Positions 49,493 to 61,153 of a stretch of 61,153 bases of DNA are shown piece by piece. Under the pieces are notes generated by a model. That model worked only from the letters and a program-made list of their open reading frames with translations. It was not told the DNA's origin and did not search any database. This DNA comes from Nemertoderma westbladi (Eukaryota; Animalia; Xenacoelomorpha). Where the stretch lies: assembly GCA_032718475.1 (NCBI GenBank), contig JAUCBJ010006486.1, positions 1-61,153 of the forward strand, given 5' to 3'. The translations under genes were made by a program, and so were the position numbers. Every line of letters begins with the position of its first letter. The first letter of the stretch is position 1.

Positions 49493-51338
49493 TTACGTTG
49501 GGGAGTCCCTAGATGTTTGTTGGATTAGGGAAGTGGTCGTGGGAAGAGTATCTTGCCTTCCATAGTTTCTGGATAGTTCTCTGTCTCTTTCCAGTAAACA
49601 TAAACGACCAACTGGGAGATTGAATTGCTGTGTTTCGAATACAATTCCAGGTTTCTTAAAGTTACGTCGCATGACGACGAGTTCTACCGATTGCACTAAA
49701 CCATCAATGGATATATGAGTCTCGATGATACGACCTGTCTGCCATCGCTTACGTGGAAGATCTGATTCCACAATAAGGACCATGTCTCCGGAGACGTCTG
49801 ACGTTTTCTTGCTGCGCAAACCACTTGGTTCGAAGTTGTAGCGTAGGCAGATAATGTTTTTCGAAATGGTCAGCGAAACGATGAGACAATAACTGCATAA
49901 GTTGCCAAGTTTGTCGGCAGTATTCGTCTCCGTCCGTGATTTCCGATTGTGGGAGCATGGCTACAGGTTTCTTCAGTAGGAAATGCGCGGGTGTTAGCGC
50001 TTCTAGGGAGTCGGGACTCGATGAGACTGGCATAAGCGGTCTCTCGTTAAGATAGGCGGCGATTTCTTCCATTAACGTCCGCAAAAGTTCGTCGGTGAGA
50101 TACACGCGGCACGGCACTATAAAGTGAAATGCGTTCTTCACGCTCCTTATTAATCTCTCCCAACTTCCTCCCCGCCAAGGGGCGTCGGCGGCGTTGAAGG
50201 TCCAGCTAGATGCTGTTACCCTTAGCTGATCGTCCACCTGTCTTTGGTTCCAATCTTTAACGTAAGCTTTGATCTCATTATTGGCGCCAATGAAGTTCGT
50301 TCCCTTATCAGATCTCATCGTGTTGCTAGTTCCAAAGCGAGCGATCTGTTGGTGTAAACTCAGTATGAAGCTGTTGGTAGATAGATCGTTCACCATATCT
50401 AGATGGATCGCTCTACAAGTCATACAGACAAAGATGACACACCATCGCTTGACTATAGTCCTAGCACGATATACTTCAATAGGGCCAAATAAATCCACAC
50501 CAGTATTAGTAAAGGGTGGTTCATAGAAGCTTACTCGTTCCCTAGGTAGTTCTGCCTCTCGCTGTGTTAAAGGCCTACTGAATGCTTTCCTACAGAGTAT
50601 ACAGTTCCTAAGAACTTGGTTCAGAGCTCTACGGGGTTTATGAAAATAATAGCGAGTTCGAATTTCGCTAAGAACTCGTTCTCTACCAGCATGGTAAAGC
50701 CTACTGTGAACATCTACAATCATCTTGATTTGTATTTCAAGATTTCTAATGAGTATGGGAAACTTAGTGTCAAAGGACAATGGAGCATTGGTTAATCTCC
50801 CTCCAACACGTATTAACCCATCTATCATTGTGCTAGAGAAACGATCCCTTAAGCACGTCTGTGGATTTCTCAACAACAGGAAATACTTATCGGAATCTTC
50901 ATGGCATTGCAAGAGTCTCAGTATCTGCTTATTGGTTTCTTCATGCTCTTGATAACTGATCTTCTCCTTCAGAAACCTATCCGACACTTTGTATTTGGGA
51001 AGATCTTTAATAACACGGACCTGCTCGGATGTCAGTGGAGCGGTATCACTAGTGATCTTCGTCCTGGAGTAGTGATGATGGAAGCATCGCTTCAAATACA
51101 CGACGGCCTTACAAAGCCGATTCCAGGAGCTATAGTGATTTATCGCTCTTTGCAGGAGAGGTGAGAGTCCCTGCGAGACGTCTGGTGTTCCAGATTTCCA
51201 GTCTCTTTCTCTGATTTCCACAACAGATTTATTTGTGGTGGGGGAGTTTAGATCCACAGCGTCGTCCCCGGAAATGTGTAGTACAGACAGATCTATCACG
51301 GGTTTAAATAACGAACGTATAAATAATGAGGAGGCCAT
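49493..51338 (-). pseudogene. pol: E3 pol: integrase and C-terminal domain (frameshifted at both ends)
   Basis: HHCC (HSRLYH..CILC), DDE core (GVDLFGP, SDKGTNF, GSWERLIR), LTPAHFL, and C-terminal PRKRWQTGRI..DGLVQSV in ORF 49493-49819. Confidence 0.95.
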
Positions 51339-52366
51339 TCATCCTCTTCTTTACTTAGGAAGTCGGGTCCACCTAACCAGTCTGGAGTATCTATCAGTTC
51401 TTGAGGAGTTGCTCCTCTGGAGGCGATGTCGGCTGGATTAATCGTCCCAGGGCAATGTCTCCATTGATCTACATTAGAGCGACTAAGTATAATGGCTACT
51501 CTGTTGGTAACGAAGACGCTGAACTGACAGACTTCATTGGTTATATACTCCAAAACGAGTAAAGCATCAGTCCAATAGACAGTTTTCTCCAGTGGATAGT
51601 CGATCTGTTCTGTTACATTCCGGCCGATGGCTGTAGCGTATAGAGCCGCTTTTAACTCCGCTCGAGGAACTCGTAGTTTGTTGTTTATCAAGGCCTTAGA
51701 GGTAACCAAGGCAACTTTGATTCCATCCGGAGTTTCAACCCTCAGGTAGGCTACTATACCTATTCCCATATCGCTGGCGTCTCCAAACACATGGAGTTGA
51801 TAGGAATACGTGGGGAGAACGTCACCAAAATATGAACGGGAAATCATAAAGTTCTCGATGGATGGTAGAGAATCTTCCCATTTAGTCCATTTCTTTAGTA
51901 GTTCTCCCTTAAGTGGATCATCCCACGAGTGGTTTTCAAGCCACATTTGTTGCACTAAGCTCCGAGCAACCAATATAACTGGGCTAATAAATCCCAATGG
52001 ATCGAAATAAGTGCTCAGGATACTTAGACAAATCTGTTTAGTTCTAACTGGATTATCTCGCTGTTTTAACTGGAAAAACAGGATATCTCTCTCCGTGTCC
52101 CATTTCAAACCAAGCGTCTTGGTTTCCGGAAGATCGTCCTTGATAAGGTCCAGATCTTTAACACCTCGGTCTTCTACCGGGATCGATTCCAGAAACTCAC
52201 GGGAGTTACTAGTGAATTTGGTTAGTCGAAATCCACCGCGTCGTAAACACTCTACCGTTCCCTTGGCAACATCAATGGCTTCTTCCACCAATGGGAGGAA
52301 CTTTAAATTGTCGTCCATGTATATATCCCGTTTGATGTTGTTGATAACCGCTTTAGAGAAGGCGTC
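51296..52366 (-). pseudogene. pol: E3 pol: RT C-terminal half and Pao-type RNase H
   Basis: YMDD at about 52310-52321, GGFRLTKF, LGLKWD, FDPLGFISP, HVFGDAS, PRAELKAA, WTDA, NPADIASRG; in frame with the upstream ORF across a premature TGA at 52367-52369. Confidence 0.95.
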
Positions 52367-54703
52367 TCAGTTGTCATAAGCAGTGGTACGCACTACTGAA
52401 CAAGCGTTCGAGGGGCTCGAGATGATCCCGAAAGCCTGGATGGTCATCCAGTACTCCACCGGTTTTTGGTTGAGGTCTCCTTCAGGCCACCACAGAAATC
52501 GTAGGCTGTCTCGATCCCTATCCAGCGCCTTGACTTGTAAGAACATGCCTTCTATATCCGAAGCGAAAGCGATAGAATATTGCCGTAATCTTAATAGTAT
52601 TCCCAACAAGGATTGGAGTAAGTTGGGTCCCGGCAACAATTCGGAGTTCAGGGATTGGCCCATGTAAAGGGCGGAGCCGTCGAACACTACCCGGACTTCG
52701 TTGGGTTTACCGGGTTTGGGAACGTAATGATGTGTTAGATAATACGTTCTCTCTGTGATGGGTGTTTCTTCCGGTACTCGCTCCGCGTATCCCTTATCGA
52801 TGAATTTCTTCAGCTGGGTCTTATACATTTCTTTAGCTGAAGCATTTGCCGTAAGATGCCGATGTAGTTGCACGATTCTCTGCTTGGCTCTTTCTTCCTC
52901 GACGGACAGGGCCTTGTCGTAAGAATTAGGCTCTACTGCTTCTTGAGTGAAGAATCGTACGGCGTGTTCATCGCGAATCTTATTGTTGTATCGATCTATC
53001 ACCTCGTTTAATTCGTCGATGTAGTCGGATTGTCCGCCATGATTGATGAGATGGCACAGGTTTACTTGGTTTCGCCAAGTCTCATTTTCGGTGAGGAGGT
53101 CTATTGTATTTTCCTCGTCGAATAATTGGCTAATGTCGTCATTATCTGAGGAGTATGGTGTTCCCTCAGTTGTGGTTTCTCCCTCACTGATTTCTTCTTC
53201 CCATTCACTCACCTGATGTATCTTTTCATTAGGTAGTCTTTCCATGAGTGTTCTACGGGAAGGTCCAGTGAAGTACCAACCTACTCTCGTTCTTCCCGCA
53301 TATGTTTGTAATGGTTGCGGTCGAGCAGGCCGTTTTTCTAATGTCTCAAGCGCCTCATGCGCATTTTGGCCGATCAATATCTGTACCCCTGCGTAGTCGG
53401 TGTTGAATCTAGGGATATCATGCTGCTGGGTAAAATGATCTTCATCCCAGTTATAAGGTTCCACTTGGCTGGTAGCAAAGTTCTTTATCGCCACCATTTT
53501 TACTGACCTTATGCTATGTTCTCCTAGTTCATCCTGGGGAGTGGACAACGCGCCTACATAATAATCTGTAGCTACTGTGGATTTCCAAACCTGCATAATT
53601 CCTGAAAGGTTCAACTTAGTTCGGAACTTGGGTTGTCCAGCAAAGATGTCTTCGGCTAGTTCTTTGTCGATGAATGTACCTGTGCTGCCGGAGTCAAGGA
53701 GGGCGTTTACTATAAAACTCTTACCTAACTCGTGGACTCTCAGCTGCACTACTGGGAATTCCCGAATTCCAACGTTGGAAGTTAGTGCTTTCCAAGATGG
53801 TTGTCGGTCCGGAATAGTCAGTTGCGCTTCGTTATCGGTTTCAGTCTCATACGTAAGCGCTCGATACACTGCGGTGTTTATCATATAACAGGATTCGTTT
53901 TCGTCGGAGAATTCGTCCGTGTAGAATCCTTCCATCTCAGAGCTGTGGTCAGTGTCGTTCACATCACTGAATTGGACATGTAGTTCGGACTCACTTACCT
54001 GACTCGTGCGGGTTCTTTCAAATTCTGTGTGCAGCAAGATATGATGTATCGCGCCGCACTTAGCACACCTCGCGTTGGAGTAACAGGTCCGCCGTTGGTG
54101 TCCTTGTCTGAGACAATTATAACACAACCGCTTATCCCACATGACATCACGTCTATCCTTTAGGGATTTCTTCAAGAATTCATCACATCCACTCAAACGA
54201 TGGGGCCCGTCGCACAATGCACATTTGGGTTTGATGTTACTTACTTTACCCTGTGTGGTGTTGTGCACACTTGTTCTTTCCTCGGGCTTTCTTCCATGCA
54301 TTATCTTAGGAGACGTGGGAGGAGTTGTTGTTACCTGTTCTCTCCTGTCACTGGTTCGGGACTTAGATTTACTTACGTCTTTGCGGATTTTGTTAACATA
54401 GTAAGATCTTTCGGTGTCTTTCCCGCTGTTCTCCTCGTGGGAGGTCTGGCTTTCGCCGTCGTCTGTATAACACACTAGTGTTACCTTTCTCCTAGAAATG
54501 GGTTTTTCACTCACCTTGTTTTCCGTTGTCTTCTCTCGGGACTGCTTTAGGAGCTGTAATCTTACCTCTACATTTAAGAATGACATGAGATCAGCCATGG
54601 TAGGGTCTCTTTGTTGCTGGTCCATCATATGGAGAACTCTTTTGTCCCAACGAGTACCTACTCCACCCTTTGGCAAAGTAGATGCTACGGCTCCAACAAC
54701 CAT
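52367..54703 (-). pseudogene. E3 gag zinc knuckles, protease and RT N-terminal half
   Basis: BEL triple knuckle (CALCDGPHRLSGC, CYNCLRQGHQRRTC, CAKCGAIHHILLH), LLDSGS, RVVFDGSA, GPNLL, SDIEGMFLQV. Confidence 0.95.
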
Positions 54704-57430
54704 GGAACTCTGATATTCATGAGACTTACCTAACCAATCTAGTTGTCTACAGATCTCCTGAATCTCATCGGAAAACTCTATAATCCCGCTGCTAAGAAAC
54801 TTTCGGGGGCTACTAATTTCGCATACAAATACCTAGCTATGTTAGTCCTATTACCATACCTGATGTTTAGTGTATCCCAAACTTGTCTTAATCCATCTGG
54901 ATGTCCAATAAACTTTAACGCCATCAACTTGGGAGGTCCTTCCAAACACTCGATGAGGAATCTAAGTTTCTCTCCGTTAGGTAGTACAGAGTTCTGTATG
55001 TTATCTTTATAATATTCATTAAAAGGTAACCATTTCATCTCATCTCCATTGAAATTGACTATCTCTCCCACCTTTACCGCTTGACGGGCTTCGGTTCTAG
55101 CCATTTGACGCGTAAAACTTTCTTGGGCCATCGTATTATTTAATATTGAGTTATTGGTATATAAATTTCTCGGATTATGATCAGGTCTATATGGAATATC
55201 ATTATCAACAGGTTTATAATTACCCTTAATAGGGTTTACTATAGGAGTTTCTACTTCACTAGCAGTATAGATGCGTGTAGGCTCCACACCTTGCGCATGA
55301 AATACTTCAGACCTAACAGGTTGACACATTGTTACAGGGGGTGGTGGTATACCCTTTTGTATATTTACTAATTTGTCACGTTCTAACGCGATACTCTGCT
55401 GCACTTCTTGCAACTCTAACCTACCCTCTCTTACTGTTCCCTTTAACTGCTGAACAGTCCCTTCCAACTCTCGGACCTGTTGGGAGGAACGTATTCGATG
55501 TTCCTCCAGCTGCCCGAGCACGAGATCCATCCCCCGCCGTCCCTCATCCACCCACTCTACCACCGAAGTGGGAGCCGCCAACATGGTAGCGGGTAGACGA
55601 GGGATGACGGGCGACAAATCGTTGATGTCTTGCTCGGCGTCCAGGACCGGGATTGATTCAGGGGCTGCTCTACTGGGCACAGGTAGTTTAGTACTGTACA
55701 AAGGGAATTTAGAGTTAGGTTCTGGAAGTACAGGAGTCTCTATCACAGAGGGAGTGGCTTCGAGAACAGGCCTAATTATTTCAGGCTCATCTACTATAGT
55801 AGGGAGTCTTTCTACTCTAATAATTTGGTCTGTAGGCTCAGGATTACTTAAATCTACACTAGCTAGTTGCCTTCTCACAGCTGGGGGCAAATTAGGCAAT
55901 TTCTGCCGGTGTAGCGCCCTTCTATGTCCGCTGGAACGAGATTTATTTCCTCTACCTTCAGGATCTGTTGTATCGCCTTCATCAGAGGATGTAAATCCCT
56001 GTCTCTTGGGAGTAGATCGACTTATCATCTGCATCTGAGTAGCTGTTCTCTGTTTATTTAAGTAGTCTTGCTTCACTTGAAGATTTTCCAACTCTAGTTG
56101 GGCTGTCTCTTCAGATGCCCTCTGTTCTGCTTCTACTACTGCCTCTGCCGCTTTTCTTTCAACTTCTGCCGCTGCTGCTGTCGCTTTTCTTTCAGCTTCT
56201 ACCGCTGCCGCTGCCACTTTTCTTTCAGCTTCTGCCGCTGCTGCTGCCGCTGCCTTTCTGTCTTCTATCTGTTCTTTTCTTTAGCTGCTCTTCTTGGACC
56301 CTAGCGATGAGAATGCTTTCATCAAATTTAGCCTGCTCCGCGGCTAACATTTCCGCATCTAATGAGTCTAACACAAATTTGGCTCCCTCACTATTAGGGT
56401 GAAGTCCAGCTAGCCGTCTCCTTAACTCTTTGTCACCTATAAATCGTTGATAGTCCGACAGATATATGTCAATAGCGTCCTTCTTCTGAGGTTTCTCTCA
56501 TGTAACTTCGCTTTCCACCTGAGAAAAGGTAGCGTCTGTTGATTCTCCGTGGGTCATGCGCTCGGTTAGCTGAGCTTTCCATTGTGTCGTTCCCTGGACT
56601 TTAAGACTCACCCGTTGGAACCAAGTTTTTACGGCCACTTGCAATGACGTGTCTTGGCTTCTCTTCGAAGCTTCTTCAAAGGCCGAAAGGATTAGTCTGA
56701 TCCGTAAGATTCGTTCTCGAACTTGATAAAGCAGCTCTCCCTGCTCTCGAGGTCCTTGTCTTTGTTGGAATAGGTGTTCTTCTAGTCGCTCTAAAGAACT
56801 GAAGAATCCCTGGACATATCCTGCTGCTGACCTCTTCCACACAGCTGGATCTCGAGTGTCTCTTAATACTCCCATCCTGTATAAGTCCTCCCAGGCAGCT
56901 TCCGATAAGTTAAACGGAAGTCCGGGTCCGGGGAAGTTCCATTGCGTCTTGACAATAGACTTCAGTTCCTCCATCGTGTATCCCGCATAACTGTCCTTAG
57001 TCGATCGCTTACCTCTCGCCCAATCAATTTGATGTTCTTCCACAGCGATCAACACTCTAGTGAGTACAGCTCCGGGAAGAATTAGAAGGGGATCTGGATA
57101 AACCGCTTCTGTCATCCTTGCTCCAATCTCGGGTATCAACTCTACAGTGTCTGAACTACTGGAGTTATCAGGCCGTTGAGAAATAAGTTCTCGGTTCCGG
57201 TGCTGCTGCTGTTTAACAGCTGCCTCTTGGTCCCGCTTGACTTGGGCCCTAGTGCATATAATAGACCTGTGCTTTACTAGCCTAGGGTCTGATATTACTA
57301 CTGTAGGGATGACCTTTCTTACAGTAGGAGGGGACTTGGACTTCGGTCTCAGATTTTCTATGCTCCTATCTGAGTCACAGACTGTTCTTTCTAGGAGACT
57401 ATCTGACAGTGTTTGTTTTGTGTCAGCCAT
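54704..57430 (-). pseudogene. gag: E3 gag N-terminal region and core (interrupted)
   Basis: ORF 54778-56217 has a DUF1759-like block (FNGDEMKWLPF..LIECLEGP..WDTLNIRYG) and AAAEAERK repeats; ORF 56498-57430 lies upstream on the same strand. Confidence 0.8.
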
Positions 57431-57566
57431 GATTTATATTGCAGTTGAATGCCTACTACTATAACGACAGTTAAAGTAAGTCTAGTAATTCAGTATCAAC
57501 TGTAAGCCAAGTAATTACTACCGATACCGTTACTCAGCGTAACGTGATATATATATAATATATTAA

Positions 57567-57914
57567 AATACCGGTATACTTATAGTATATATAAGAATTA
57601 TTACAGACTAGAATTAGTCACAGAATACCGGTATATAATTTCAGCCTAAATTTATATAAATAAATATAATAAGCCTACCGTAAATACCGGTATACAGCTA
57701 TGGTATATATAAGTATTATTATAGACTAGGATTAGTCACAGAATACCGGTATATAATTTCAGCCTAAATTTATATAAATATATATAATAAGCCTACCGTA
57801 AATACCGGTATACACCTATGGTATATATAAGTATTATTATAGACTAGGATTAGTCACAGAATACCGGTATATAATTTCAGCCTAAATTTATATAAATATA
57901 TATAATAAGCCTAC
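57567..57914. repeat. 118-bp tandem repeat (about 3 copies) in the E3 5' leader
   Basis: AGTCACAGAATACCGG at 57616, 57734, 57852. Confidence 0.93.
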
Positions 57915-59432
57915 TTCGAATACTGGTAATGTCAATTATTATATAATAACTGTATTTCTGAATTTTTAGGGTTACTTCCCTTTACTTATTACTGTTATTA
58001 AGCAGTAGTTCAACTGATATTAAGACCTAATGGATGTATAACAGGCCTAATATTTTATAAATCGGTTTAAGTTGATTTATAATATATTATGTACCCATAC
58101 AAGGGGTTTGACAATATTTGAAATAAATGTTATTATTTCTGGATAAGGAGTCACTACACAAAAGATGTTCGCTCTCAGTGAAGTGCTACTTGTTGCACAC
58201 TAAAACGAATAATTCTACTTTACTAAGTTACTTATCACTACAAATTACTTACAATTACGGTTTGAGATTACAATCTCTAAATAAACACCAAAAGTTACAC
58301 ATACAAATTTTAGGGTAATTTTACAAGAAATCTACTAACCAGTCTAACAAGGAGTTAGAATTTCTGGTTCTTACAAACGGACAGGATACTATGGTATTTG
58401 AAAATAATAAAGCAGTAGTAAGTAAATTGCGTTGTCCAGATAAGAAAATACCACCGTCTGACGACTTATAGTCTTAGCTCTATAAGTACTACGTTATGTA
58501 CCCGGAGTGTCCTTACCTAGAAGTTAATTACCGCAGCCAACCAGAGCTAATGTCCCTATTAACCACTTTACAACACAAATATACTACCTACACACTAATT
58601 ACTTTCGGAAAGCACTGTACTCTAAACCCTAAATTAGGTACAAATACTTATACAACAAATAACCAGCAGTTAAATATACTTGAACAGCCAAAAGAACCAC
58701 GGTATCTGCTGGAGTGACTGGAGCACAAAATCACCATTCTTTACCTACGCCAAGCAGCCCTGATGTAGTACCGGGGTTAATTTAACTATAATGGTATGTA
58801 TAACAAGCACAATTACTGTAGGAATAAACTTGGGGGTTGGTGGTTGCGAATACTCGCATAGACTCTGAATAATAAATATTACGCTACCCGTGCAGACTAT
58901 ACAAACAAAATACAGACCAAATGCTGGCAGACTACTGGCAAGCCTAAATAAACTACAGTATATGCAGACTCCGAAATGGTTAGTTAGTAGGCATTCTAAC
59001 CGAGTAGTACAACTTATTCTTTCAGGGGGATTTACCTTACAACACTGGATGCCCCCACCTTCCTAACTAGCACTTTATCGGACATACACTCTACATACAC
59101 TGCAATCGCTTCAGACCTAACAACAGCCAGACAACAATCCAGCCTACAAATTATTTGTACAATTTGAGCAGGCTTACACGCCGTCTGCTCAATATTACAC
59201 TTACAGATAAATAAAACTGACAGAAACAAGTAAAATCCCAATAAAAAACCAGGGTGGCCGTCCCTGATTAAATATCAAGACCTACTGGTATATAATTATC
59301 AAAATCGAGTAATACTGCTGTACCTGTAAGTAACGGTTCGGGTAGTTGGGCAGTGAGGCCTACAGCTTACCGTTCGACCAGTACCTTCGACTGTATTGCC
59401 TACGGTGCAATAAAAAAACTAAAATCTATTAT

Positions 59433-60582
59433 TGTTCGCGCTTTCAGACCTTTAGCAGTTTAACCTGCCAATTTTAGTTGTCCTCTTGTTTATAAATCGA
59501 CTTTAGCCTATAACAATTATTGAAGTGCAACATGAAGTAACATGTACATGTAACATGTAACTGTAACATGAACTTACATTAGCTGAAGCCAGTCTATGCG
59601 CGATCATTTACCCACTGTTAAGGGAGACTGGATTCGGGTGCTTTGAAAGTTATTGCGGTGCAGACCTACTGTATTATTCGATTGATCGTTACTATATAAT
59701 TTCTGACAATATTATTCACTTTCGGGGAGATATTAACAGTTCCTTTAGGACGTGGCGCTTTAAGTATATAAAACAGAGTTATGACTTATACTAAACACAA
59801 TGAGATGGCCACTGAGTTTCGTAAATAGCGCATTCTTTAGGAGATGCTTTATTATCTGTCACACTACTTCACACGACTTCACACTACTTCACACTGATCT
59901 GCCGACCGTCACTGAATTTGATCATATATAAGGAGGATAGCAACTGACACATGTAGGGATTATGAAATAGCATTTAATTCACACAAAATCACTATAATGT
60001 AAGTCGCAATTGCTACAGGTAACCGGTCCCTCTTACCTTCAGTAATCGAGAAGATTGGAGGTTTTATGATTATTTATCGGTATTCTCCAAATATAACAAC
60101 ATACATATCCATCAATATACAACAATTAATAACAGACAGTAAACAGAAATAAAATAGTGCGGTGAACAATCAATATATGTTACTTATGCAAGTAAGTTCA
60201 GCAGTTTGGGTTGATAATAGATTTACGTTCTTGTAATCAAAGCCATCTAATGTTTTGGCCAAAGTCTGAAACTTCTACAGAAGCACAGAAGAATTCTAAG
60301 CCGGTGTTCTGAGGCTCAGAAAAGGTAAACAAAGACCGTAATGCATTGCGCGGGTTTCCGTAGGCCCTTGTCCATCATAAAATGAAAATCGCTCTGATTG
60401 GCTGAGCAGAACAAAGAGGTTCCACGTTTACAGAAAATCAGCTGACAGATTTCGTCATCTGAGCTCCAGTCTTTTAGAGTATTAGGCGCATTGCGGCAAA
60501 AATGACTTGTTATGTCCGCTAAAGCACCTACACGGTACATTGCGGGGAAAAATGACTTGTTATGTCCGCAAAAGCTTTTACA
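59433..60582 (-). repeat. E3 5' LTR (1150 bp)
   Basis: Sense TGTAAA...CGAACA; short TAACATG expansion near 59530-59580 and a duplication of about 50 bp near 60490-60575 that are absent from the 3' LTR. Confidence 0.95.
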
Positions 60583-61153
60583 AAGGGAGTCTTTTTTCAG
60601 GGGGATTCAATAGAAACTAGCACACCGGAGTGATCGGGGAACTTATCCACAAAAAGGACGGCTTCCAGGGAGAACTTCACCCGACGGAAAGGAGTGACGG
60701 GATGATGCGGAAAACCAGCCAAAAACCCATTTACTCCAAGTATTTCCAAAAGTTTTTTAAGAATTGCGGTTTCGATGACAAGTCGTACGACATCGCGATT
60801 CTAGGAACAGTTTATGGATATGGCGCTATCGCATCGTGAAGCCTTCAGGGTTCTGGTTGGGATTTCAGCGATTTCCGACCGCGTTTTGGAAGATAGTACG
60901 CAGGGCAGCCTGGAGTTTCGGATAGAATGTCCCAATAAACCGATTCTGAGTTATCTGTTTGAGGTCAATGTGGATATACAGTACCATCGCTGGATGGCGT
61001 ACCAGATATGAACTGCGAAGATACCTTTCCAAAAACCGAAAACTTGCGCCTCGAAATAGGTTTCAGAATTATTTTCTCGGACCGGTTTATTCAACAATTT
61101 GGATTCGGAATATAATAAATTACGAACTACAGTACTGTATAATGGTTATGGGA

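Larger units (their letters stand above)
35150..60582 (-). mobile_element. E3: full-length degenerate BEL/Pao LTR retrotransposon with nested insertions
   Basis: LTRs 59433-60582 and 35150-38354, near-perfect TSD AAGTG/AAGGG (35145-35149, 60583-60587), PPT GGGAGTGG at 38355-38362, gag-PR-RT-RNaseH-IN order. Confidence 0.95.
8821..60628. mobile_element. Putative TIR DNA element (imperfect TIRs of about 90 bp) hosting the 67-bp satellite and all three LTR insertions
   Basis: Left end CCGGTGTG-N11-TGAATCCCC-N9-GACTCCC (from 8821) matches the reverse complement of 60585-60628 with identical spacing; similarity continues (TCATT..GGTTGAAATGA) at about 35105-35144 once E3 is removed. No TSD seen. 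Confidence 0.55.

Noticed and set aside
59370-59382. TGGTCGAACGG (sense) as a tRNA PBS for E3
   Set aside because: About 50 nt from the LTR end fixed by LTR-LTR alignment; a PBS should abut the LTR.
59433-60582. Hammerhead ribozyme generating the self-primer
   Set aside because: No CUGANGA...GAAA core with proper stems seen by eye in any LTR; an Infernal search would be needed to exclude other ribozymes.
60630-61153. Possible further repeat or ORFs at the window end
   Set aside because: No TIR, TSD or protein motif supportable within the window.

Overview
A repeat-dense eukaryotic (invertebrate-like) window with no recognisable intact host gene, RNA gene or CRISPR array; it is a nest of mobile elements and tandem arrays. 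Main parts: (i) a degenerate 25.4-kb BEL/Pao LTR retrotransposon on the minus strand (E3, 35150-60582) with gag-PR-RT-RNaseH-IN plus an extra, unrecognised ORF of about 600-730 aa in the env position; it carries four later insertions (piggyBac-type MITE, TA-target MITE, RTE-LINE 3' fragment, LTR element E2); (ii) two young related non-autonomous BEL/Pao elements with gag(-protease) only (E1 9133-16636 minus, E2 41195-48140 plus); (iii) a palindrome-rich 67-bp satellite (about 14 kb in two blocks) that looks like an expanded internal motif of a TIR element with an OTU-protease remnant, whose ends (8821, 60628) bracket the nest; (iv) two hAT MITEs, a decayed LINE and 12-, 22-, 29- and 118-bp tandem repeats. 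Top finding: none of the three LTR elements has a TGG-type tRNA primer-binding site. In each, the 9-11 nt directly after the 5' LTR are complementary to a segment inside that element's own LTR, with a different sequence each time. This suggests tRNA-independent self-primed reverse transcription in a BEL/Pao lineage. All coordinates and alignments were read by eye; no searches were run.
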